Notes: a model not told the origin generated them from the letters alone. 64,000 nt of DNA from Leptogorgia sarmentosa (GCA_964658305.1 OZ210884.1:8246001-8310000); one strand, 5' to 3'; shown: positions 49,801-64,000, counted from the first letter of the stretch. Program-made: numbers and translations.

Positions 49801-52079
49801 TCTTTCATCGTGAAGTGGTGATATTTATTCACAGTAAATAACAGAAACGTTAGTGCCGAATAATCCAAACACCACCCAAGCTCAAGAACGTTCTTGTCAT
49901 TCCGCTCGCAGGCAAAGGGAATAATTAATTGCAAGTGAACAATTCATTAATAACCCGCATGCCTGAAAGGGTTTTCCCCGGAGGAAGTTCAGGTCATTCA
50001 GCAGTCTGCTGTGGAGTTCAAACTTCAGTAGCTGTTATGTGTGTGCACAGCAGGGTCCCAAAGGTGGCTTTCTATTCCAATTTACCAGCCCTAATTCTAA
50101 CTAAATCCCAGTGTCTAAGGAGACAAATCTCATCGTCTCAGAGGCTGTCCAAATTTTAATCCCATTCCCATTCTCTGTTGTCTATTTGCTGACAAGTCAA
50201 ATCCCAGTCCCAATGCATGAAATCCCATTTCCCTGGCCAAAAATAAGCCCCGCTCCCATTTTACCCCTTCAGGACCCTCTGTGTAGGTAGTGGCACGGTA
50301 GTTCGTGCAGACAGCTTACTAAACGTTTTTGCTTGAGATTTTTGCGTAACGCAAAATACAGATGCATTTTTATCGAAACTGCTAAATATCTCATCACTCA
50401 TGAAATATGATTTACTAGCAGCAAAAGTTCTACTCACTATCTAAACGATACATACAAATCATTTATGTGCATAACAAGTAGTATGTGTTCCCCCTCTTTG
50501 TTTTCATAAACAGCAGTGATCAGTAATTTCATCAATCAGGTCACAGCAGTAGCTGTATGACCAGCTGTTGGCAGTGGGTGTATAGTGACGCAGTTTTACA
50601 AATTTTGTTCATTATTTTGACATGCTGAAAAAGCGATTTGTAAACGTCGCACACTACTTTATCCATCGAAAGCGAGGTAAAAGCGAGGCATATGGCGTTC
50701 GTGGGTGCGATGTCGTGATCAGATCACCGATAGAAATGACGAGGAGCCATTAGCGCTACTTTGCCTTCAATTTCGTCGCAATTACATTTACTTTGAAAAT
50801 GACTTAGCATTTAATATCTAATACGAAATTTCGAGGAATTTATTAGTTGTGGCATGAAAAAGGTTTTCATTGAACAAAGACAAAAATTGGTTCGCCGCGA
50901 CAAACGTCGCCATTTTGAAAACAAATTTATTGGCGGGAAATGATCACGTGATCTATATTTTGTATACCGAAATCATCACACACTCTCCCAAGTATACTAT
51001 ATATTCTGAATATAAACCAATAATAAACTTACAAACTAAAATAATAAATCCTCCCAAAATCTCACAATGTTGTTGTTCTTCTGTCTGTCACAATGAGCCC
51101 TCCCCTATTACTTATTTCTATATTTAGACTTGCCCCCCCCCCCCCCCCCCCTGTTGTTTATATCTTAAAGTTCCCGTATACTTGTACTAGTGAGGATATG
51201 GAAAATATCTCACATTCTCACTGTGTATTTTTCGCTATCTCACTGTCTGCTATATCATATGTTTCCGTGTTTCACAACATTTCGCTACCTAATTTTGCAA
51301 TTTTACCAATCTTGAGATGCTCCTGGTTTTAGCTGTAGTGATGGATTTTATTTTTCTGGCCTAGAAAAAAATCTAGCCGAAAGGTGCAATTGTCTATTAT
51401 GACTATTGTCTATATTCGTGTGCGAGTTTGAGTGTACTCAAATCTGTGACATTTATATACTTTAAAATATCGCTATCGAAGCGCCACTCTGAGTACTGAC
51501 TCGCGCGATGTACTAAATTAATTTAGCACAATATTATAAATCTCGAGGTAACAAATAGATCTGATAAGAAAAGGAAATTGTCAAAAACGTCTGTGGAGAT
51601 TTTTAATTTCGCAGATAAAAACGCATTGAAAATATTAAAGTATTGATTATGTGTGGTTAGGGTATTCATAAAAGGCAAACAATATGCAGCTGAAACCGGA
51701 ACTAGTGACAAGCTGCGGACATGTGTGTTTACGAGCTGTCGTTTCTCATTCAACAAAGTATTTGCAGAGAAAACAGTACTAGTTTACTTTTAATTTACAA
51801 GCCCTCGCTTGGAATGCCAAAATAACACGTTAGATAATATACATCGAGAAATAATATCTAATCTTTTAGGCTTTTGATATCCAAAACGTTCTCATAGACT
51901 TGATTTCCTGGTATGTCAAATGCTTTGGCCATCTTTTTCGCCAAACCCGGTTTTGAAATATACATGATTCTGATATTCTAAACTAACATTCTAGATCTAG
52001 TTTGTATACTCACCCAAAACAAAATAAGAAAGACATAGAAGACAGTCTTTAATATCCTTAAGCACTTTAAGTTGCACAT
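46840..52079 (-). CDS. Tetraspanin, CD151/TSPAN11-like, 7 coding exons, ~247 aa
   Basis: Exons 52014-52079, 48505-48696, 48185-48259, 47604-47699, 47252-47428, 47102-47185 and 46840-46893, all phase 0 and GT-AG. Four TM segments, GFLGCCG, large-loop CCG, VPDSCCK and HPSNINYK|GC. Confidence 0.92.
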
Positions 52080-53204
52080 ATCCCTTGTGGCTGATATAAA
52101 ACAATAAAAATAATTCACCAATATATTGAATCTGATTTTCTATTGTACAAAACAACCTACTCCATTCATTTTCGTTTTACAACTTGAGATTATTTTGATG
52201 ACTTTGTGTCAGCGGTACGTGGGCCATTAAAATTTTATGAAATTTTAGTATCGTCACTTAATATTTATTGAAAAACGCGTGTTGCCTATAATTGGAATAT
52301 TAACTCCTACTACAAGGATCTCAATGTGTTTATTTTGAAAATCGGGCGTTTTGTAGTATTGGTTTGTTGACTGGTGTTCGGTGCATGTGTTTTGAAATGG
52401 CGTAACTGAGCCAGTCTAATAGAAGTCTGGAGTGATCGGTCGTTCAAAACTTGTTTTTGGTTGTTTGTGGTCGAGGCGCGACTGGACACACCCTTTCTGA
52501 AAGCAAAAGAAAGCGAAAGCAATTCAGCCTCGATTTCAAGTTTACTGACTTGAAAGTGCTCTCCGAAAGATGCATTGGCGCGACTATATAAACAGCCCGA
52601 AATTTACTGGCAGCTGTCAAAATTCTATACTTGAGTATTATCATACGAATAACATGTTCTGACTGAGCTTGGTGGCTTGTATTCACGCACACTGCACTTT
52701 ATAGTGTTTTAAAGTGCCCGCTAACAAGTAAATACCACTCCTCTTTACTCCAACAGGTTGTTAACAAACTCTATTAAATTGATCCGTTAGAGCTTCAACT
52801 GTATTTCCGGGTTTAAAATTTTGTCATAGTAATTATCTTTTGTAAAATTTCCTTAATTTTATTATTTACCAGACTGGATTGATGTATTGCTGTATAAACA
52901 CAAAATCTGTCGTGATCGTTAACAATATCGCAAAATATTTGCGGTTAAATTACCTGAGGATTTCTCTTGAAAATCCAAAATAATGAAGCACAACAAATTT
53001 GGTGAGAAATATTTGCACAAGATCCCAAAATTAGTTTCAAGAAAAGCTCGCTTTGGCGTCAAAGAGGCGTCACAGCGTAAACAAATGCATTTTGTTTGAA
53101 ATAATTAATAACTAATTTGTATATAGATCAGTTGGCCATGCGCGAATCTGGTGGTTAAGCGGGGATATAAATGTTACTCAATGGATACATAGGTACATAA
53201 TGAG

Positions 53205-53216
53205 TTTCCCGCCAAA
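53205..53216 (+). promoter_or_regulatory. Consensus E2F site upstream of the HORMAD gene
   Basis: TTTCCCGCCAAA, with a CHR-like TTTGAAA at ~53095 and a candidate 5'UTR donor (gc|gtaagt) at 53396. Confidence 0.45.
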
Positions 53217-54047
53217 ACAGTGATTATTTCAAAAACAAAACATTTCCCCACTCTTCTGTCGGTATTTTTCGAGCCATATTAAATACTGGACGGTTTTTAC
53301 AGATATTGAAGAAGAAAGTTTGTTTTCCCTATCAATTCGTATTGGTTTTAGCCGACAAAACCGCCACACAGACGTAAAAGGAAGAGAAATAAAGCGTAAG
53401 TCGGTATATAGTTGCCGTAAATAGTTCAGTGGATATTGCAAACTTTAGATTATATTTTGTACTTTTTATGGCTCAAAGCCAACAGGAATATTTATATTTT
53501 TGTAAACAAATAGCTTTAATTATGCAGAGGAGGTTGGACAGGATTATGCAAGCGATGAAAAGCGGTGTGTTTTTGAAGTTTCAAAAGCCTCGCTGGAAGC
53601 ATACAAATTCAACAAGAAAATATATCAATACGCATAGTTGTTTTCGTCTGCTAAAAATGCTCGTAATGTTTTAGATTTTTATGACTAAGATTTTTTGTGC
53701 ATAATGGCCAGGTGTGTTTGAATTTATACGAGTTTTACTGTAAATTAATGACCCTTCAACGCCATAAAGTCATTTGAACCGGATAACTATATCAAAAGGC
53801 CGCAAAATTTCTCGGGAAGGAAGGGCCTTTGGTCGGAAGTAACTACACTTTTGTTGCATTTTAAAAATTTTAATTTTTCCGTTCAAACTACAGTTTTCTA
53901 CTATGTTGTGTCGCTAAACATGTAAAGTTATTAGTGCTAATTTCTATCAAATCCATTTTCTTTCAACCCAGAAAAGCAGTTGCACTTTCGCTGTTTAATA
54001 TGGCACTCTCTGATACATGTAGTTTCCTTAAAAATACCGACATGCCG

Positions 54048-57000
54048 ATGGCTACTTCGCAGATGAAAAAACCTGAGACTAAAACTGGGACAGTGAGTAC
54101 ACTCATTTTATGAGTTCTGTCGAGTGATAGCTCATATCAATGTGTCATTTTTATACACAAATATGTGGAGGTGGGTGGGTCTCCAATTCTCGAATGCAGC
54201 TATATGGCTTCATCCACACACGGCGGCGAGCATACTACTCAATATATTCTCCAGGGCATTGGGGTCGGGATCCGGCCCCGTCCCGCCCCATCCCACCCCA
54301 TCTCACCCCTCCCAACTCCCGGGAAGGTACGATCCGAATCTTCTCTTTTCATTCTGAAATTAGTTATGCAAACATACTCATTTTCTGTTTTAATATGTAG
54401 TGGTCAAGTATTTTCCACTCTACAGAGCAACTTAATGGTGGGTTTTCTTGTACTACTTTGTCTTGAAAAGATTTCTTGTTTGATAAAACTGTCACAACTT
54501 TACCAGCACTATATGATAACTTATTCCCAGTAATCTCCAAGTTCAGTGTCTTTTCTTGACAGAGCAACAGTCAGCTTTATTTTCGAAAAAGCTGCTTGCA
54601 GTCGCTGTAAGTATATCAATACCACGTTACTACAATCAAAAACAATGCATGTACATTTTCAAATATCTAAAGACAAAAGTCCAGTTATATATATATCACT
54701 CACTGACAGGGAATTACGATGGCAGGGAGGGTATAAATCGCCTACCTTTAAAGCAGAGAGAGAACAAATATATAAAAAAACTTTAGCATTTGCTAAGAAA
54801 GTAGTCCCTCCCTGTTTAATCCCAAGCGACATGCAGCGTTTTCTCGATAGCAAATTCTTGGTTTTCGTAATTCGTTCCTTGTTCCAAGATTCATACAAGT
54901 CAATGTCACAAGCTTATTTCATTATACACTTTTTGTGCGGTGGTCTGAAGTATGGAAAATATAAAATAAAATACGGAAAAGGATTCCTGGGTTCAATAAC
55001 ACTACCAACTAATTCTATCGTTTTATTACAGATTTCAAGTGTAACATATCTACGGTAGGATTCTTGGTTGGAAACTCCACTTGCCGTATATAGCTTATAA
55101 TAAATGAAAAATATAACCAAAACCTTGCCCTAATCCCGATGCTGACTCCAAACCCTAATTTCAACCATAAATCTAATCCTAATCTAATCAAAATCTAATC
55201 CTCACCGCGTAATGCTAACCCTAATCCTATTTTAAGTATTGGTAATCTAGAAATATTAACAGCTCCTAAATCGTGACTCAAATGATGAAAAACAGTCTAA
55301 CAGCATCTTGTCTCAAATTCCAGGGCTGTTTTTCCGGAAAGGTGTTTTGGTGATCGATGTTTGGAGGGTATAATAATTATACATAATTCACTGTAACATT
55401 GGCTTAATACGAAATTACTATTCTCTTTGTTGATTATTACGTGCTTTCCCCCTGGTTACAACATGTGATATAACAATTCAACAGATTTAAACTTGAAAAT
55501 TTTACGGGATGAAGACGCGTATCCTGGGTCGAGTCAAGTTATCCAGTGGTAAGGGAACATGAGTTGGAATTTAAGACACTGCATGTATTTTTTTGGGGGG
55601 TGGGGGGGGGGGGGGTGTTGTTGGGGGCGTGGCTGGGTGGGTGTCGGGAGTGGTTGAAAGAAACATTTTGTGAAAAGTCTATAGCCTTGATTATGATTCT
55701 CAGGCCATGTGATATGTAAACTGTTGCAGGTAGAGAGTTCATCATACAATGTATGTGCTTACATTCGATTTTCTCCTTTGACACCAAATATTAATGTTTG
55801 CTCTTGACAGGGTTAGAGGATGTTTCGATGCGATTGATCGAAAATACGTAAGTTTCTCAGCACGTGTAAACATATGATGAATAAAAAAATACTCCACCGT
55901 TTCCACCTTTTATATAGCTAATATTTTTCAGGTGAGATTTCAACAATACAATAACATACTATAAGAATCAGATATCATGCCAAACGATTCAATACATATC
56001 AAATCATATCATACCTAGCTACCAGTCACTATGTGTATCATATATACCAATCATACTTGATGCGATGCAGTCTATATAAATCTACATTATTTTTTAAAAA
56101 ACTTCTTTCCTTTCATAAACATATAGTTAAGGAAGATTATTTTGGGGGTAAGTGAAGAAGGCTTCATATTTTTTCAACCGTGAAATTTAATTTGACATAA
56201 ATTATGAAGTTGATCGAGAGGATTGTCATTCGCGCATGTTTCTTTTCAAATTATGTTATTTTTTCTAATAACATAAACATTTTTTTTCTTTTCAAATTAT
56301 ATTATTAGTTTTACCTCAATGCAAGTGATCCAGATGTGAGTAAAATTTCAGTGGCATAGCCCTATAAAATGTAATCGAAATGAAAAATTTAGATTGCGTG
56401 GTATTTTCAATCCAATGTTTGGTTGTTTTTGTTGTTTCATGTTGGACTGAAAAAGTATTCATATATTCATTTAGACGGTGATTGAAACATATACATTCAA
56501 GGCACGTATTAGGACTAAATTTATCGGTCAAATCAACCATCATTTTCAAGTCATTATCTTTCAAGTCATTTTTAAATTATCTTTTAATTGCAGTTTGATT
56601 ACTATTCTGACGGAATTAACATTTATCGGTAATCCATAATTCTTCATCACAATCTCGTTTCTATTCACCCCTCCATTTAAAAGGTGCATAATAGCATTAA
56701 CATAATGTTGGCCAAAAGTCAGTGAAACATTGTTTAATTAACCTGTGAGGCTCGGAGTTCTTGCTATGTAAAGCCTTTTCATTTAACTTTTAGAAATGAG
56801 CAACAAATTGCATCAGAAAAAACTACCGACGATACAAAGCGGGCGACGATAAGACTTTTAAGGTGGATGTAGTTTTCTGCATGCGCTTGTCACTGATAAT
56901 AACATTAAATGTGAACAGGACCTTATCCTAGGACAAGTTAGAATGCAATTACTTTTAGTATCAAGGTTAACTAACAAGAAAATTCCTTACCCTTCTAAAA

Positions 57001-60000
57001 ATTATTTATCCAGAACTCTTGTTCTTTTGACTCAAACTCTGAAGTCACTACCAGGTCAGTTTTTACTCTTTTGGTCAATTCTAACAACATATAGGAAAGG
57101 TTTATCAAAATATGTATGTATGTACATAACTTTAATGAAACTATTTCGGTATCCCCCCTTTTTTAGATGACGTAATGATGACAATGAAAATCCTTTACTA
57201 TGATGACGGTATAGTTATATCAATAATCTTCTTCACTTGTTTTTTGAGGGTTTGGAAGTTAAACATCACAATTATAGAAAATACACAATACTATAGACTT
57301 GTAGCTACATACCTCGCGCATTAGCCAATCAAATTGTCCGCTGTATCTCACTTACACTATTACGTTAACTATATTCTCTAATGTCCAACTGCAATTCCTT
57401 TTTGTATTCTAAAGTTACACCTCCTGACTATCAGCCACCAGGATTTGAGGTAGTAAGATAATCTGACATAACAACATTGCTCGTATTTATACATGATCTT
57501 GAAATGGGCAGAAATTGGTGTTCCAAATCATAGCTGTTTTATCTTTAGGAAATTGAATACTTGGGACAAAACTTTGGAGAAGGTGTTTACCGAATTCATG
57601 TGGGCGATATAACCACGGTAAAGAGCCCCACTGTACTCATAGTATGCTTTAAAAATTGAAGAAAAAATAATGTGGAATAAGCAATTTAAGGCGGAGGCTA
57701 TTACCATGCAATCAAATTTCAAATTATAAGGAAGATTTATAATATTTATACTCCTTTCTCTTTATATACAATTATGATGGATGCAGCCGTTTCACATGTA
57801 AGTAATTTTATGAATGTATATGGTAAAACCGGTTAATTAAACCTTGGGTCTACTTCAGAGCGTTCTTCGGACTGGTGGGGGATCACCACCTCGTTATGTG
57901 TGTAAAATATACAGATTGATATAAAAGAATAAAAAATATATGGAATATTCAGAAAATTGAAATCGCGGTACCTTTGTGAAAATATTCTTATAACACACCA
58001 CTATGTTTTGATGAACCGGAATTTTTTATTCCATAAAAAATATTAAATAAAAGCAAATCGTAAATTATCTTTTAATCCGAAATTCAGGGTTGGACTACGC
58101 GTGCAGTCTAAGCTTCAGTCAAAATATCAATGTTCTGATGGAACTCAGCGCAATACGGAAGATCATGTCGACCGCAAAGATATCGACAGAGATGAGTCTT
58201 ATTTGGACGATGAAGATAAGCACAATGAGAAGGAGGTTAGGTGTCGCTAGTAAACCATGACCATTACTATGTCTCCAGGAGGGAAACTAGAGCTTTAGTT
58301 GGGGCAGGGAGTATAAAATGTATTCCAGTTCTGTCCGACAGATTTCTTTTGAAATGAACTAGATTTCAGAAGAAATTGGTCGAGAAATACACGAATGGTG
58401 AACATGTACTACCCCCTCCACCCACTTAACGCTCTAGTTTTGCCCAGGACTTTTCAACTACTGGGAGTAAAATGCTTTCCTCTGAAAGCTGAAATAAGCG
58501 GAAGATATAAACACATTTTGAAAAAATATGTAGATGAAGTTCACATGTTAACTTAATAACAGTAATTTCTAATTGATGTGAGTGTTCTTAAAAACATTTC
58601 TCAGAGGATTAGGCGTTTATAGTCGTTGCTTTGTTGACACATAAATTTTATAGGACATCAAGGAATCTTCAGGTGACAGTGAGAATCCGTATGTAATCCC
58701 AGAACCAGAGAATTCTGATGTATCCACTTTGCCTGATTTACGTTCACGAAACAGGGGCACCGGAAATGCAAAGGAAACAGCTAAAGGTATAGGAACAACT
58801 CACTAAGAAATCATTTATACAATATGATCAACTTCTCCGTATTTATTTAAAATAATTTATAGTGTTTTAGTCAATTCAGTCGAAATGCCAATGCTCGGTG
58901 TTTCTTCGATCATTTGATCGCCACTTTAAAAGTGCACCTTTTTTGCACCTTTGACTAACCATAATGGACAATTCCCATCATAGACAAACTTTTGATCTAT
59001 AAGAATATTTCAAAAAGTAGTGGAATGTGCGAAATATGCAATCCACATTTTGGTAGGATCTACCACACATTACAACATTTTTAAACAAATTTTGGAATTT
59101 TTACATTTTTCAAAGATTTTTTCGGGAACTTCGTTTTTTCGTCTGGATTTGTCTAGATTAAAATTCAGTCGATAATGAGAATTGTTCGTTTCACCAATAT
59201 CTTTCACAGAAAAAGTAGTACCAATGGAATGCTCTACTGTACCTGCACGAAGTCCTGATATTCCAGGTAGTTTCATTAATTTGATATCAAAACTTCAGTT
59301 TTTGCTTTTTCAATTCACGTCCAACCTGTGGAGGCCCACATGCATGCCATTCATTAGACTGATTTAGAAATAAATTTAGGCTTCCGGAGAAATAGAACTA
59401 AAATTCGCACATTTTCATTTTTACTCTGACGACGTTCTGCGTTCAGTACAATGAAAATTTTAGTATAAAAGTGCATCGTTACCCCGCTATGACTTACAAC
59501 GGTGGGAACTAGTGCAATACCTTTTTCCTACCACAGTGTTGAAAGTGTAGTACTATGCAGAGGCCCTTTTCCATTTCTAAAATTATACTTATGGTTCTGC
59601 GGTAGCAGCTAGTACCTGCTTAATTATGTTTAGGACCTAAGGATGCTGCAAACAGTGCAAATACACGACTATCAACACCACCGACTCCTGCTGACGAGCA
59701 AATGGTACCGAATTCTGATGACGCCAATGTAGAATGCTCATGTGGTTTCAATGGGGTTTGTAAGCTTTTCGATTGATTACATTCAAGACTCATAAAAGTT
59801 CTTATGTTTTTATTCATTTTACTTGATCGATGTACGGAACGAAAATTGCTTCATCAATCTGAAAAAATATTTCGCCCACTCAAACTCCACCCGTATTCAA
59901 ACTGAAATGTATCCAAATACACAATAACTTTGAAAAAAATTTTGCTCTAAAATAAAATGTTTAAGGACGATGGTATGATGATTCTATGTGACGCTTGTAA

Positions 60001-62344
60001 AAATTGGCAACACGCTTCGTGCTACCGTTTCTTCACTGAAGAAGACTGTCCAGCTTTACATGTTTGCATTTCGTGTGCAAAGGTACGTTTCTTTATTTAA
60101 TAATCGTAATGTTGCTTGGAGAATATGACATGGAGAAAAATTGGTTAGATTCCCTTCATGCATGAAAGGAATCTGAAAATTAATGTTTCCTGGTGCATTG
60201 CAATGAAAATTTATTGAAAAACACATAATAAACCCTGTTTTGATTTGATGGTTAACTACAACATTTTGCTTTTTATTCAGAAGGAGAATAAGAAGTGCAC
60301 AGATAGCACATTGGTTGAACTGAATCCTATATCATTACAGGTTTGCATAGGCTATATGATATAGAAAACATGAAAACATTCCGTAATATTACTTACCATT
60401 GTGACGTTGATTTATTTTCGAGATATTCTTTCTTTATATTTAGACCACATGCCTGTGGCGGCGTGCTCTAGTTGCTTGTCGTAAAACAGCAAGACTGACA
60501 GCTCCAAAATTTGCTGAGAGACTTGGTATACAATTCCGCTTTCAAATTATATAGTATTTGCAACACAAAACGACCGTTTTGTACTTGCAACTGGGATATG
60601 TGTGTGATTTTCCCCTTTTTATGGATGTAAAAGAGTAAACCAGGATTATATGCAGGATTATATGCCCCCCCCCCCTCCTACATTTGATGTATGCCTTTCA
60701 GTTGTATGAGAAAACGAAGCAAATTTGTTTGTCCAACATCAACCAGCATTGTTGGCCTCGTTTGAGAACTATGTTCGACAGTTCGAGGATGTTGGCTTGA
60801 GTTTATTCAAAATTGAGTTTAATTGTTGCATGATTTTGGCTTCGTCTCGAGCAGGCCTCAAGAAGAAGGAGTCTTTGATGTCTCTATCTGCGTCACCTTG
60901 ATCGTGACAACGCATTTTTTTTTCAGGAGTAGAACTAACTGTTGCACAAGGCCTTATGAAAAGGATGCAAAACGAGGGGTTTTTACGACAAGCAGCAAAA
61001 GGAAAGCGGTACGCTGCTCATATTCCCAAAATACAAAATTTAACAAAAGTCGTGTAAAAGCTTTACAAATTTCCTTTAAATAAGACTGCACAAAATGCTG
61101 AAATATGAATTCGGACCGTATAAAAAATTCAACAAATACGTTTAGCTTCGTCATGTAAAGAGGCTTGCAAGCAGATGACACTTAAGGATTATTTTCGCAG
61201 TATTGAACAGAATTTAAAGGGACATGTTCATAAGAAAAGAGACAATTTAAAATTTTTATCGTTGTACAAATAATTCCTTTATATCAAAATGAATTTTCAA
61301 AACTTAAAACAAGGTTTCCGTCCAAATATATAATATACATTGGAGTATAATTTAAACTTCTAGTCTTGGAAAGATAGTTGCAAAGGAAAAGCTCACTATT
61401 GATGCACTCAAGAAGTATTTCCACCTTGCTGACGGTGGAACAAGTTCTGCAGGAGAACCAAACGACTGCAAGAAATCCGAGAATAACAACAAACAACCCT
61501 TCAGCGAAAAGGTAAATGTTACGTTGTATTTTTCCGAAGAAAAAATTTCGCTCAGCTCATAATGTCCAATGCAAGATTAGCAAAAAGGGAAATTTGTATT
61601 AATGATTATAGGAGTTGCAAAAAATGGTGAGCAAAGCAGCAGAAATCGATATTTCTGGCAAGTATCGTGAGAGTCCAAAGATAGACAAGGTGACGCTGAG
61701 ATTGTGGTATTTACTTTCTCTAATATGAACAAGTTTTGTGGTTGGCTTTCTCAGACAAATGGGATCAGTTTCTATGGTCATTCTCATTAAAACTTATTTC
61801 ATTGTCTTCTATTGTTATAATCGAACAATCACAAAATTTGACCATATAAGTGGACGACAGTAAATATCTGTTAAATGATGAGCATATTTTTTAGACTGAA
61901 GATGTTTTCGACCAAAGAAGCAAACTGCGAAGCCGAAAAAGAGTGATATTTGCGGTCGATAATGTATGTATTTGTTTCAAGGAGGGTGAGATGGGAGGGG
62001 ACTGGGGAGGAGGGAGTGCTGAAGATTGTAAGACAGTTTTTTATATCAGAACTCCACAGGATATTTCAAATCGTTCACAATTTAAATAACTAGCGTTCCT
62101 CACGCTATGTCACTGGGCTTAGAAATACGTCAAATATTCAACACTTTTTCTACTTTTTTAAAAATATTTTCGTCACAAAAGAGAGCTACATAGTTGAACA
62201 CATTTTTTTATCAGTTGGAGTTATTTCTTTTTAAAGGACCTTGAGTTTTCAGTGTCTGACAGTCAAGATCCATTGGATCATTACGACAAAAATCCAGCGA
62301 AGAAGAAGAAAGCCAGTGCAGCTGCACAAGCAATTGTAATATAA
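54048..62344 (+). CDS. HORMAD: Meiotic HORMA-domain protein (HORMAD1/2, Hop1-like) with PHD finger and winged-helix region; roughly 30 small exons
   Basis: Spliced N-terminus: MATSQMKK…|WSSIFHSTEQLN|EQQSALFSKKLLAVA|ISSVTYLR|AVFPERCFGDRCLE|DLNLKILRDEDAYPGSSQVIQW|VRGCFDAIDRKY|LRKIILG|FYLNASDPD|TVIETYTFK|FDYY…DTKRATIRLLR|TLVLLTQTLKSLP|DDVMMTMKILYYDD|VTPPDYQPPGFE. PHD: CSCG…MILCDACKNWQHASCY…HVCISC. The last exon ends SQDPL…KKKKASAAAQAIVI*. Some middle exons are not resolved. Confidence 0.92.
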
Positions 62345-64000
62345 ATGTTAACGATACAAGTACATAACATTATTTTGCGTGTTATCCATTAAAACATTGA
62401 ATTTTTGTTAAAAGAAATAGTTGGATTAATTTAAATTGACTTGTTAATTGTTGTATAAAGGAAAGACTCCATTGAGTAATTAAAAATAAATTAAATACAG
62501 TAAATACAATTCATATACCTTATGTTAATTATTTCAATGTACAGTGTAAAAATATTACTATAATAATTATATTGTTGTACAGTTTATAAATAAAAGTTTT
62601 ATGAAATGTTTAAGATTGGTCAGTACGATCGTCGCAATTTTACTCACTATATATATCCACAGATATGGCGTTTTAAGCCAAGACAAGATAACTGGGGAAT
62701 TCCCTATGATGGAGCTGCACAACACATAGGATTCAGAAATATATTGAAACAGGAAAATTCATCCTCTGGGATTTCATATTTTGTGTACAGTATAAGTAAA
62801 AGCAAAACAGGATAAAAGCACTGTGATACAACAAAACGATTCTGTTTTTAAAGAAACATAATTATTCATGCGCGCAGGTTCTGTTCTTTTTGGGACACCC
62901 TGTACATGCATCTTGACAATAAACACGCATTACCCCAAGAAAGGCCGTCCTTGGTAAACACTATAAACCCTAAAACGTTAAGATCCAAAGTTCAATGAGA
63001 CCAAGGTTCAAACGCTAGAATTGTTTGGAATAAATTATTCCTGTAGCCCACCTCCTCCACAGGCGTTTTTGTGGCTAGCCCGCTTGCAGGCACGCCACTT
63101 TACATTACTCTGACAAACGCGATGATGAGGGTGAGCGGCGTTGTCGGCATTCTTCGTGATATATCGTAAATGCGAAATTGAACCGACAGTTTAGCGATTT
63201 TCTGTTTCGTCTTTTCTGAACATTTACGTATATCACAAAGCCAATGAAATCTCGCAGTCGTCATTCAAAAAAAATACCAGTATCAGGCAACTTGCATCCC
63301 GCAAAGTCAGCGAAAACTCGACAAAATTGATAAAAAACTGTGCTTGTTTTTCGTTATTTTCGATGTTGTTTTCCAAAAAAAATTGATGACTGAGCTTACT
63401 TTTTGTTGTTTAGTAAACAACATAAACAATAAAATATGATTCAATGTTGTACAGGTTTATACATATGGACTTTGGGGACATTATCTATAGTTAAAACACA
63501 TTGTACACGTACCGCTATATCTAGACCAATACCAGGCGTTGAGATAATCTTGGGTCTATTTCCGGAACCGGTTGACTGATTTTTTCCTTTTTCACCGAAT
63601 ACCCATGCATGCCCGTCGCGCAGCTGTGAAAGCAAATACGACGACAAAACAGCAGTGTTCTTTATGCAAAAATAAAAAAATCTCGCTATTGAATCGCGGT
63701 GTTGAACTTAAAATGGATGGGAAATGAAACTTGTTTAATTGATTCTAGGGACAGAATTATTGATTGTTATTAGAACGATCTAGATATATTCTATGAAACG
63801 AAGTCCTGAAAGATTTCATTGCCGACTCTCAATTGGCTTCCCTTATGCGCCACGCTAGACAATAAACGGATATAATCAGCATAAAATGTCATTGTCATTT
63901 CGCGCATTGAAACACTCCTGCATGTATTACTTCAGCAGGACTCATACGGTTGTCTACAGGCGTCTTTGAGCTAGTATACTTATTTTCGCGTCGTGTGAAG

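Noticed and set aside
54546..55058. 170-aa plus-strand ORF
   Set aside because: Mostly HORMAD intron. Only the last ISSVTYLR is a real exon in this frame.

Overview
This is AT-rich, intron-rich eukaryotic DNA. The gene and repeat content suggests a marine invertebrate, probably a cnidarian; that is inference only. It is not prokaryotic, so most short ORFs in the track are noise and the real genes had to be spliced by hand. In order, the window holds: a ~178-bp satellite and local duplications (1-7 kb); a 3-exon TMEM183 gene; a 3-exon ~1509-aa NLR-like gene (HEPN domain with intact RxxxxH, coiled coil, NB-ARC/STAND NTPase, TPR, right-handed beta-helix, MYND finger); and a second, shorter TMEM183 paralog. 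Next come a duplicated, frameshifted last exon of an ETS gene, a small 2-exon gene for a secreted, very cationic peptide with an in-frame TGA at codon 8, and the divergent ELF/E74-like ETS gene itself (- strand). Then follow an intronless TRAF-zinc-finger/Kelch gene lacking a RING, head-to-head with MED25 (long polyQ tail, virus-like ORF fragment in an intron), a CD151/TSPAN11-like tetraspanin (- strand), and a micro-exon-rich meiotic HORMAD gene with a PHD/winged-helix region and a GC-AG intron. The best candidate for an undescribed system is the HEPN-RNase STAND receptor, with the neighbouring candidate antimicrobial peptide, ETS and TRAF-Kelch genes possibly forming an immune-related cluster. 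All family calls come from recognising motifs by eye; no searches were run.
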